A stretch of 63,107 nucleotides of DNA, filler included, from Neolecta irregularis DAH-3 (GCA_001929475.1; 13 parts of 13 records of this genome joined end to end with filler, not necessarily neighbours in it); one strand, 5' to 3'; shown: positions 27,019 through 37,660, counted from the first letter of the whole stretch. Numbers and translations: made by a program. Notes: generated by a model not told the origin, from the letters alone.

Positions 27019-30000
27019 TGTGAAGTTAACCAAACTTACTAAACCTGGTATGATTTTGCAGAACTCAAATTCCCTGGACACAACCTATAAGAGCGCTCAG
27101 ACAACCTAACAGCAACCAGACTCGAAAGATCCTACTATAGAACCTCTCAGAACCCAATCAAATACTCAGAATAAACCCTAGTAAGGGTTTACAAGTAAGC
27201 AAACTTCCAAATACCTCAAAAACCCTTTCAAATCACACAAGTAGTTCAACCAATACCCAAAATGCTTTTGGTAACTCTTGATCAATAGATAGGACCCTGA
27301 AGAGTAGACTTTGAGGCTTTGGATGTATAAAGCAAAGGGCCTTTCCTAGGCAGCCCTCAATCCCAACAGATAGCTATTAACCAAGAAGCCTGGTTAAACC
27401 AAAATACATGGATGTAATAATGGCAACTCTAGATCTACTGGTATAAACCAACTGAGTCTATGTAATTAACTTCCAAATATCAAAGAAGTCCATTTCAAAT
27501 CGCACAAGCAGTTCAACCAATACACATGCAAGCCAAGCAGGAATTAAAGCAGGCTAAGCAGGAATTGGTGCATCAATTGCGTCAAGAGAAACCCATAGAG
27601 ATTGATAAGGCTGAGAAACAAAGGATGATCACTCAGGATCAGCATGTGAAAGATAGTATGTCACAGGTCTTGAGTCAAATAATATAAAAACCATACTGAA
27701 TCTACTCTACAATCATCAGTTCTCCCAATACTGCCACCTATCAAGTGGCCAACACCTCCTACGCTCCCAAAACAGTTGAAATCACCTAAGTTCGAATTTC
27801 AACTTCCACCAGTACAATCAACATCACCGAGGTGATTGAATTGGGAGAGCATGTACAAGTTCTCCCCAAAGGCCAGATTGCAGCTCCTAGAGTTCAGTAC
27901 GATGCTGAGGGGGATGTAATCATGTCTCTACTGGCAAAGAAAACGGCCCTGGAGTCAAGAATCAGCACTGCCAAATCCCCAACCAGCAATGTTAGGACAG
28001 TTAGCACTTTTTTGGGGGATAAGCCATTCCGATACATCTGGTGTGATGCATTGGACCATTCCAGAAATAACTGCCCAGACTTCCAGGAAGTTTTGAAGTC
28101 CAGTGTAGTTAGAATTAATGAGGATAAGAAACTTGAAACTAGAGAGGGTCAGGTTATCCCTCTCTACTTTGGATGTGGTGGACAGAAGTCCAACCCCCTA
28201 CTTAACCTCTACCCTCAATGCCCGCATGATCAAGCTTGGTCAGATCACTTCAGAAGATGACATTGTTGAGACTACCACTGTAGATGTCAATGCTACTGCT
28301 GCACTACCAGATAAGCATGGGTGGCAGATTCCAGTTACTGCTGCCCCAGGTAATCCTGCTAAACCTGCACCTCAATGGACAGTCAAGCCAGCTCCCATCG
28401 CCAACGTTGAGGCATCCCCTGCATTAGTTAAGCAACTGGAGGATACCCCTTTTGTAACTACTGTGGGTACCATTCTAGGGTTATCGCCAGCTGTGCGGCT
28501 GCCTTCAGTAGAGAATTGAAGTCTTCGTGAACCCCCACATCCCATCTTGTGGATTTAATCAGACAGGAGATAGTTACTCCTATGACAGAAGATATAGATC
28601 TTACACTGGAAGATATCCAGGAGATTCAAGCCCCCATTATTTCAGTTTGTGGGGGAAAGCCAGCAGGTCAATATGGTCTGCTTCCACTCCAGTCCACACA
28701 TATGGGACTGGAGGAGGATAAAGAGTTGGGTCATCTGCAGACCCAGCCACTACATTTCATGGTTAAGTCCTCTACTATACAGGTCTTAATAAATGATACC
28801 CCTGTTACAGCACTTTTAGACAACAGCTCAGAAATTTGCATCATCTCTATGAAACTTGTCAAAGACCTTGGGTTTATGATGGATGACACACTGAACCTCA
28901 AGATGAGTGTTGCAGAAGGCCGAAGTTAAAACATTCTTGGTGTCTACACCCACAAACCAGTGCAGACTGGCGGCTTTATGATTCCAGTGCATATGGCAGT
29001 CATAGCAGACATATCGTACAATTTGCTGTTAGGCAAATCTTATATTGTGAGTGGGAGACTGGGGTTCAATACTGATGGCTCAGGGAAGACATGTGTGCGA
29101 ATTTATTTGCTTGATGGGAAGCAGCAGGTAGTATTGTTAGGTGCAAATGGCACTGGCTGTGTAGATCTTGAAGACAGAGTTCTTGCTTGTTCTTCTTACT
29201 TTGACTTGTCTTGGAATAGATCCCCATCAGCTTTCAAAACCCATACCCTCCATAAGAAAGTCTATCGGAAAGTAAAGCTGGTCAACCAAGCCTATACCCA
29301 TGGAGAGAAGCCTGAAACCTCTGATACTACCACTGCTGCCACTCGTAATAAAGGACTTGAGGTTAAAACTATCAAAATTGGAAATGGCAACTTAAGACCC
29401 AAAGAAATAGTACTGTATAGATCTGTTTTAGCTGAATTTCAAGACTCTCTTGCCTTTATCGAAGCAGACAAAGGGAATCTAAGTCCACATATAGAAGTTC
29501 CTACTAAGATCAACACAGTGCCTCACAAACCCTCGCAATCCATTAATTACCCAATGAACAAGGTTAAACAATCAGCAGCCATTGAAATATTCAAGGATCG
29601 ACTTGCAAACAGACTCATGGAATACTCATATGGACCTTATCCCAATGCCTGGTTTCTAGTAGAAAAGAAAGAGAAGGTAAATACCAGCTGATAATCAACT
29701 GCCAGCCTTTGAATAAGGTTACTATAAAGGATGCCTTTCAACCTCCCTTGGTAGACCTCATCTCTGATGAATTTGCTGGCATGCCAATTATCACCCTGGT
29801 AAATATCAAAGATAAATATGGGCAGAAAGAGATTGACTCCACCTATTGTGATCTTACTGCTATACAAACCCCCATCAGATTACTATGCTTCACTCAACTC
29901 CCTCAAGGCTGGACTAACTCAGTAGCTGACTTTAAATGCTGCATATCCAAAGTCTTGTTGGACCTGATCCTGAACACCTGCAGGGTATTTATCAATGATA

Positions 30001-30161
30001 TCGCTATTAAATTGCCTTCAGTCATTGATGAAACTTTAGATAATGGAGTTCGTCGATATGTCTTCCAACATATCCAGATGGTCGCCAATGTTTTATCTGA
30101 GTTGAAGAAGGCTAATCTCACAATAAGTGTCAACAAATCTCAGTTTGGACATGATACTTAG
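27019..30161 (+). mobile_element. Decayed Ty3/gypsy LTR retrotransposon (possible LTR ~27019-27526; gag, protease and RT remnants)
   Basis: Degenerate zinc knuckle WCDALDHSRNNC, protease ALLDNSSEICII, RT motifs LPQGWTNSVADF and FINDI (mutated F/YxDD). Many stops. Confidence 0.85.
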
Positions 30162-30179
30162 AGACACTAAGTATCATGT

Positions 30180-31418
30180 ATATATAGCACCTATGTGGAA
30201 GATAGCCATCATCCTTATGGTGATGACTAATTGCCACATAGGTATGAAATAGATACTTGACTAACTGCCACATAGCTAGTCCTCAGTTACAGTTGGGGGT
30301 TCGGCATAAAGATACTGAAACACTGATAACTGTAACCTAGACAAAAATGGACCAGAACCAAATCCAACAGATGATGGAAGCTTTTGGACAGCAAATGGTA
30401 ACCAGCATCTGCACTCTCACAAAAAACCTAGCTGACCAGATAAAACCACCAGGACAAGCAGAGCAATTGAATATTATGTGACAAGCAACATATAAACCAA
30501 GATTGAAGAAATTCGATGGAACCAGACCTGACCAAGTGGAAGAGTGGTTACAGATAGCACTATGAGAGTTAGACACTGCAGCCTTCTCCCCAGATGATGG
30601 TATGAGATTTCTTTATGGAAGAATGTCAGGCCTGGCACAAACATACTTTGAGGCAAATTATGATAACCTAGTTAATGGATCATGGGAGGAATTCTGCAAA
30701 TATATAAAAAACTGTTTCATCCTGGAATCATTCACTTTTGCTCAGCACCAATGCCTTACAGAAGTAAAAATCACAACATCATTACAAGCATATATTATAT
30801 TGTTCCAACACCTGGCCACTTAGTTTAATGAAGATGTCTTCAAAGAGAAACAGAATGTGTTCTTCTTCATTAATGGGTTGCGAACTCGGAAAACACTTTT
30901 TCAACATGTATTGAAAAAGAACCCAAACTCATAATTGAAGTAATTGATATCTCATCCAACTTTGATGGAGAATGGTTCCTCTCCATAAAAAGGTTTGATA
31001 AAAGACTTTCTAGCTCAGATGAATTAGCTGGACATACCCTGATGGAATTGGATAATATTGGAAAAACATCCAAGAGCCAAAATAAATTACCATGCAATTA
31101 CTGCAAGAAAAGGAACCATAAGGAAAAAGATTGTTGGTTCAAATCAGGCAAATATAAGAAACTGAATGTGGCTGAGAAGGAGAGCCTACCTTTAAACAAA
31201 GAGGCAGAAGAATGAAGGAGAAGTCTTCTTCTGGCATTGTAACTAGAGGAAATAATAAGCCCAACATTACTAACAACCCTTCTCTTCAACAATCAAAATC
31301 TGAAACCACAATAATTAAATGATTCATGAGCACAGAAGTAGGAAATAGTGAATGTAATGAGATAGCCTTACCCTATAGCTGGATAGTGGAGGTTAGGCTG
31401 ATGTGGCTTGATATGATC
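30180..31418 (+). mobile_element. Second LTR retroelement remnant: LTR end, PBS and gag pseudogene
   Basis: ...AGTTACA (30291) is followed by TGGGGGTTCG (30294), resembling a tRNA-Pro primer-binding site. The gag-like frame from 30347 has KFDGTRPDQVEEWL and the CCHC knuckle CNYCKKRNHKEKDC, interrupted by stops. Confidence 0.75.
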
Positions 31419-31593
31419 NNNNNNNNNNNNNNNNNNNNNNNNNNNNNNNNNNNNNNNNNNNNTTAATTAATTAANNNNNNNNNNNNNNNNNNNNNNNNNN
31501 NNNNNNNNNNNNNNNNNNCCGACCCCCGACCCCACACCCCAAACCCCAAACCCCAACCCCACACCATCATCCATCATCCATCCTCCATCCGCC

Positions 31594-32456
31594 ATGGCCG
31601 CAAACCCCTGCAGCGGCATCACAGGCGCAGTCTCCCTCGCCTGCTGGGTCGTCGTCCTCGCCCCGCAGCTCCTCGAAAACTACTCCCGCAAATCGTACTC
31701 CTCTCCGTGGCCTGCACTCACCCTAGCGCCCACGGCATCAGCCTCGCCTTTATCTCCCTTTGGCTCGCCGGCGACTGCCTCAGCTTCCTCGGGTACGCTG
31801 TTCTTCCCGCACCCTCCCCTGACACTAGCGCCCTCAACGGCCATCTCATCTCCACCGTCCTCTTCCTCTCCGTCTACTTCATGGTCTCCGACGCTGCCCT
31901 CATCTGCCAAATCCTGTACTACAGACGCAGACCCCCCTCTCCCTCTCCAGACTCCCAGCCTCTCCTCCCCCAAAAACAAACTAGCCAGAATAACATCCTG
32001 TTCAACTCGGCCGCCATCGCTCTCGCCATTCTCGCCGGCATGCTCTCCTGGTTCATATACTCCCGCCTCCAACAGCACTTTGGTTCCCCGCATCCCCCAG
32101 CAATCCCGCCTGTCTCAAACGATCTCGTAACACAACTATTCGGCTGGTCAAGTGCTCTCCTCTATCTCTCCGCCCGCATCCCCCAAATAATCCAAAACCA
32201 TCACAATAAATCTTGCAAGGGTATCTTGTTCTTTTGGCCATTTGTTCACTTAATAATAGGACTGGCCTTCTTATTTGTCGCTTTTTCTACATTGGGAAAC
32301 TTATCCTTTGCAGCAAGTATTCTATTCGCCAGTACTAGTAAAACTTATATCCTCGCAAATTTATCGTGGTTGGTCGGTTCGGCTGGGACTATCTCAACTG
32401 ATATCATCATTTATATTCAGTTTATCTTGTATAGCGATGATCGTCAAGGTGGATAG
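31594..32456 (+). CDS. PQ-loop vacuolar amino-acid transporter (Ypq1/Stm1/PQLC2-like), short introns
   Basis: Two PQ loops, WVVVLAPQLLENYSRKS and YLSARIPQIIQNHHNKSC, plus WLAGD and NLSWLVGSAGT. Confidence 0.9.
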
Positions 32457-32499
32457 ATATTTATTGTTCATACATGGGTTTTAATTTTTATTTTCCATT

Positions 32500-32665
32500 T
32501 TATTGGATTTATTTGTCTATGTATTTCATTGATTAGATTTGTTTGTGTCTTTCTTTGATTGGATTTATTCATGTATTTCTGATTGGATTGTTCATGTATT
32601 TCTTTGATTGGATTGTTCATGTATTTCATTGATTGGATTTGTTGTGTACTTTATTGATTCGATTT
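32500..32665. repeat. Degenerate AT-rich tandem repeat (gattggattgttcatgtatttc-like, ~24 nt)
   Basis: Several visible imperfect copies between convergent gene ends. Confidence 0.7.
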
Positions 32666-32773
32666 AATTTCTAATGACAAATGTATTTGTGCAACAAATG
32701 GCAATATAGGTATCTATCAATAACAGCTCTTGATACACACCCATGATGCTGTTGCCAAAACTTTCAAAAATGG

Positions 32774-33065
32774 TCATTCAAGCCATTCTTTAGGGTGATG
32801 CCACCACCAATGACGATGTCCTTCTGCTTGTTCATGATCATCGTGACCTTCGGAGCGCTTGTGATGTTCGCCGCGACCATGGGAATGACCATCGTGATGA
32901 CCATCTGGTTTTCTGTGAGGTTTATTTGGCCCAACATGAGGTCCCCCGACAGCTGCAGTAGCTTCAGGTAGAGCAACTATCCCATGTAAATCACTGGCTT
33001 GAAACTGACTTACCGGCAAATGCACTTGCTATAAAGACCGACAAACAGATACTGAGGAGTTTCAT
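32774..33065 (-). CDS. Secreted His/Trp-rich prepropeptide A (84 aa; intron 32977-33013)
   Basis: Spliced translation: MKLLSICLSVFIASAFA/VALPEATAAVGGPHVGPNKPHRKPDGHHDGHSHGRGEHHKRSEGHDDHEQAEGHRHWWWHHPKEWLE. Canonical GTAAGT donor; TATAAA about 40 nt upstream. Confidence 0.8.
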
Positions 33066-33216
33066 ACTGATTTTCTTATTCAGATTCAGCCAAAAAGTCG
33101 TCCTTTATAAAGATAAAAAATGATCATTTGATCAATGCGTATCACCGATATTTACCTTTCATTTACAGTTGTCAGAAGAACTGATTAATTTATCGATGCT
33201 GATCTCTACTTTATGT

Positions 33217-33295
33217 TTGCAAGCGCCAAGCTGGATCGTCGTGCTCGCTCCGAGGCACTTCGGAAATTACTGCCGCAAATCATACTCTCCTTCTG
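33217..33295 (+). pseudogene. Duplicated fragment of PQ-loop gene exon 1
   Basis: SWIVVLAPRHFGNYCRKSYS matches CWVVVLAPQLLENYSRKSYS at about 31640-31705, at both DNA and protein level. Confidence 0.75.
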
Positions 33296-33340
33296 CCTCT
33301 CCGGATGTCTCATCTCACTGTCTTGTTCCTATCCATCTTA

Positions 33341-33533
33341 TTATCGTTTAGGTATGTTTCCCGAGTGCTCGTGATGGACAGGACCGTTATCTCCAGAGTG
33401 CCCGTGATGGTCAATGATATTCATCTACTAGCGTCACTCGACGAGATCAGCAGTCCCAAATCGCCTGCTTTAGGATAATGGGATACAAGCAAATAAATTT
33501 ACATAGAGACAAGCAGACGATGGAGAATTTCAT
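33341..33533 (-). pseudogene. Degenerate paralogue B of the secreted prepropeptide family
   Basis: Starts MKFSIVCLSL, retains intron-derived and GCTGATCTC..GTCGAG blocks, then TGA. A His-rich tail DHHGHSGDNGPVHHEHSGNIPKR* remains; the acceptor and TATA box are lost. Confidence 0.7.
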
Positions 33534-33646
33534 GTTGATTGTGTATCCTAGATTCAGCCAAAGACTCGTCCTTGTAGACATTAAGTGATCATTTGATCAT
33601 TTTTGTAGTACCAGTCCAGCTTTGTTTATACAGTCGAACCTGGTTA

Positions 33647-33780
33647 CGCAAGGGTATATCTGGGGTATTACCAGGATATACCCGAACCAATACAGCAAGT
33701 GGCGGAGATAGAAATAAGGGACATTAGATAGAAATGTAGATCAGAGCTCCGCTCACATATCTTGGTCTAAGCTTACACGT
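33647..33780. repeat. Inverted copy of the LTR-like repeat at 1-129
   Basis: Direct sequence similarity to the reverse complement of 1-129. Confidence 0.7.
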
Positions 33781-34547
33781 CTACAAGCTTAGATTAAGGT
33801 ATGTGAGGCTTACATGTATACAAACTTAGATTAAGGATATATAACCTGATCTTATTGTACCCGAGCTTCAAGACCTGTATAACGAATTCCTCCTTATAAC
33901 GATTCAAACTAGCTTCCAAAATTGATTTGTACGGGGTCTGAACCTTCCTACGAAAATGGTTAGATTAATGCGAAACCGTTGTAAAATAAAGAAATAACCG
34001 CCGTTCCGTTATTTTAAACGAGCAAAAGATTGCTCTGCATGCTAACCACCAGCAATATAAGGGTTTAAACCAGTAGTTTGTTGAACTTTTGCTGCATTCT
34101 TTTGACTCTGGAAAACTGATGAGTTATCTCGACATATAAAGACCAAGTAAATTTCAACCAAGGCCTTTAAAACTATTGATGACTGTGAGATCAAAGTACA
34201 GATGCTTTCAATAGATGTATAAACTGAATGTGAGATCAGTCGGAAAGGGTTGACAATAATCTAGGCAACCTGAATATCCAGGCAGCAAGATCTGGCGCAG
34301 GTACCACTTTTCGAATCCCAGCAAGAGATTCTGAAGCAAGTTCATTGGATAACGTCCGGTTATGTTGCAATGGAAACATATGAATTCAACGAACGAGTCA
34401 GTGCCATTACACTCGGGTTCAATGGATGTGCAGTTCATATTTGGAACAGAAGTTTCACATGCGCGTTTATTCTATCTGATACTCAGCATGTTACAGGTGT
34501 CGCTCAACAGTCGATTCTCGATGACCAACCCCGTTATTCTTCCATCA

Positions 34548-34756
34548 TTATTCAGGAATAGGCCTGGACCCCCAGGGACGCCACGGCCAGGGTCGCCAGG
34601 GCAAATACTCTGGAGCTTGTTCATCGCGCTCGACAAGGAGATCAGCAGCTCCATCTGCAGGAACTATCCAATGTAAATCTCTGGCTTTGGGGATAGTGGG
34701 ATACCGGCAAATGTACTTGCAATAAAAAGCGACAAGCAGACAGTGAAGAATTTCAT
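34548..34756 (-). CDS. Secreted Trp/Pro/Arg-rich prepropeptide C (55 aa; intron 34664-34704)
   Basis: Spliced translation: MKFFTVCLSLFIASTFA/VPADGAADLLVERDEQAPEYLPWRPWPWRPWGSRPIPE. Same 52-nt exon 1, intron phase and intron 3' end as peptide A. TATAAA at 34795-34800. Confidence 0.8.
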
Positions 34757-35108
34757 GCTGATTGTATGATTCACATTCAGCAAAAAGGTCTCCTTTTATA
34801 AAGAAAAGTCAGCTGTGTACCACAATTCAGCTTTTGTTTATAGTTTATTCGATTCTGGTATTCAGCTGTCACAAGANNNNNNNNNNNNNNNNNNNNNNNN
34901 NNNNNNNNNNNNNNNNNNNNTTAATTAATTAANNNNNNNNNNNNNNNNNNNNNNNNNNNNNNNNNNNNNNNNNNNNTGGCGTTCTTGGTTCATTACTTTA
35001 GTCGAATAGTTATTCAGGGTGATGTGATTTGCGGATGTGGTCCTGATGCCAGCATGATATTAAAGTGAACTAGGATCATCAACCCGTTCTGATCAAGATT
35101 CTGTAACT

Positions 35109-35544
35109 TCAAAACAGCCAAACATAAAGAAAAAAACAAAATGCAATGGCTAAGAAACACATAAACATGAACCAACCCACCCCTTGTTGCCTAGCCATGC
35201 GTTCCATTCTACGCATCGTACCACCAAGTAAAGTCTTTGTCGAATCAAATGCATCATTCTGATATCAGTACTCGAGTAGTTTGGTGGAGGAGACCATGGA
35301 TCCCAACATTTTCGACGATTCTCGAACCTCGTCTCCAATAGCAACTGTAATCTAAAGTCAATGCAAACTTCCGTCATGGCTTTACGTCTTTGAGCATTCG
35401 AACCTTTGCACCGAGGCCTTCGATCCGCTCATCGTTCTGACTCTCCAGCGAGTCTAAAGTGGCCATGTTGAATGAAGCAGGTGAAGCATTACGAGATCGC
35501 TCGTTGGGTTGGTTGCGCAAGTCTCGATGACTGAGGTGGTTCAT
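35109..35544 (-). CDS. BET1: Bet1/Sft1-like Qc-SNARE, 2 introns
   Basis: LESQNDERIEGLGAKVRMLKD/ITVAIGDEVRESSKMLGSM/NDAFD...MRRMERMA plus a C-terminal TM helix. Confidence 0.85.
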
Positions 35545-36442
35545 TGGATATAACAAGGTATCAGAGCTGTATCGACGATACAGGCATTATCCGCTTTGAA
35601 TGGGCTTCTAAGGACGTCTGCGACGTGGATATTAACGATCACGAGAATCGGCCCTACCAATGAACCTGAATGATATGACCACCCGAGGCCGAAGTTCTAT
35701 CTATCAACAGCTGCCCCATCCCTCGTAATATGAACTTGAACCCTAAATCAGCCTCACTTCTTCCCTTCGCATGATCCAGTGGTTAGATTCGACCTTGGTC
35801 ATAAATATCTGCCTAAAATATCGCCAGACTATCCGAGTCATCATTATCGCACACATTCCAGAACATGGTTATTTTTCCCTCGATATAAATTAGTGAGCTG
35901 TCAAGCTGTTTTCTCTAAAAATTGTATTCGGCTATAGTACTCAATAACGGTCATAGCAAGATTAATGGCATTCTTTCGGGAAGTAAACAGACTTCGTCCA
36001 TGGGCCAAGTCCATGGTCCATCCGCAACACTTGCCTAGGACGCTCCCATTGTCCGCCTGTCTTAGCCGCCTGATTTGCTTTTTATCATATTCCTGGCTTG
36101 GCCTGTCCACAACACTGGGTTTGAGAACTATTTTCAAAACGGGGTAAATCCTTACTAGTTAATATCACGTGATATGATCCACCTGGCTGGGCCCGATGCA
36201 CCTGGCTTTCTCCCAAGTCCAGTCCATGGGCCGGATTAAGTCCTTGGTCCACTTGCAATACTAGCAACACCCCCATCCAGTCATTGGTGGCTTGTGGTCT
36301 TTGGCAATGTTACTCGTCTCCCGACATCAGCGCATCGGACCANNNNNNNNNNNNNNNNNNNNNNNNNNNNNNNNNNNNNNNNNNNNTTAATTAATTAANN
36401 NNNNNNNNNNNNNNNNNNNNNNNNNNNNNNNNNNNNNNNNNN

Positions 36443-36650
36443 AGCCGCCGAGGGGATCATTTGGTTTCCATTCGGTAACCTTTAGTAACTTCTTTTTATC
36501 TTCATCGTTAAGCGATCGAGTGGGATAATGTGAGACATTATTCACAGCGTCATAAATGCGCCAAGTTGCGTGCTTGATAGGATCGTAGTTGGAACAGTCT
36601 ACCAGTCGAAAGAATAAACCGACAAATATGCAAAGACTATCAAGTTGCAT
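36443..36650 (-). CDS. Possible secreted protein, 3' end lost in gap
   Basis: Hydrophobic N-terminus MQLDSLCIFVGLFFRLVDCS; frame is open to the gap. Confidence 0.35.
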
Positions 36651-37314
36651 AAGAATATTTGACTCACAGATATGGTGTAGAAAAAGGTACGGATATGTTT
36701 AGGAACAGTTCAACGAGAGAATTTTGCAATCGTGGAAATTTTCTGTCATTTATACCCGCAATATTTAAATAAATGTCATTTGTAATTCAACTGGTTCAAT
36801 CTAATCTGTCTCAGCCGACATATTAAGGCACTTCATATTACATACTATGAGATAATACCAATATATTACCGACAGTATATTACCGATACTATTTGGCACA
36901 CAATTTACTGCAGCAATGTGGCCAGGATTTGTATGTACCCATTAACATTCGGTTTCCAACGGCAGAGAAAATTAGGCATGGTGTCGTGTTTTCAGTTTGC
37001 TCTAGCTGGATTCCCGATAATTTGAAAGCCCTCATCAAGGCGCATGTGTTCGTAGAAATTATATCTTCCTATGATGTGGTTTGAATACTAAGTGTTATGT
37101 GTGCTTCCCTAAAGGTGACCCTTTGACTTTCTTGAATCAGGTTTTTTGGTAAACCATTAGTTTCACCTTTAAATTCGGATCTTGATAGTTGTTTTTGCGT
37201 TTGAATCCGTTGATTGGTTGTATAACTATATAATGATTTCCATTTGCTTGATGTTCTGCTCGCAAGATTCGGCGAGGGTCACGTGATACCGTGAACTGAT
37301 TATCATAAAATTGA

Positions 37315-37660
37315 GTGTCTCCCGCTCAGTCTGCCCTTTCGCTCTCCCGCTCACTCTCCCGCCTCTCTCCCGTCTCTCTCCCGTCTCTCTCCCGTCTCTC
37401 TCCCGTCTCTCTCCCGTCTCTCTCCCGTCTCTCTTTCCCGCCCGTCTTTCCCGCCCGTCCCGTCCACCTCTCCCGCCGTTCCCGCCCGTCTCTCCCGCCC
37501 ATCCCGCGTGCCTCTTCCCAGCGCCTACCTCGCCCGCCAGTCCCGCTCGCTTTCCCGCCCTTCTCTCCTGCCCATCCCGCACGCCTCACCCGCATCCGCC
37601 CATCCCGCGCGCCTTGCCGGTCGTCTCCTGCCCATCCCGTCCACCTCTCCTGCCAGTTCA
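37315..37660. repeat. Pyrimidine-rich low-complexity/minisatellite tract (CTCTCCCGT-like)
   Basis: Visible degenerate 11-nt repeats. Confidence 0.8.

Noticed and set aside
34472-34654. 60-aa ORF-track entry with GDPGRGVPGGPG (collagen-like)
   Set aside because: Alternative frame of peptide gene C; the spliced frame is better supported by the paralogous signal exon and intron.
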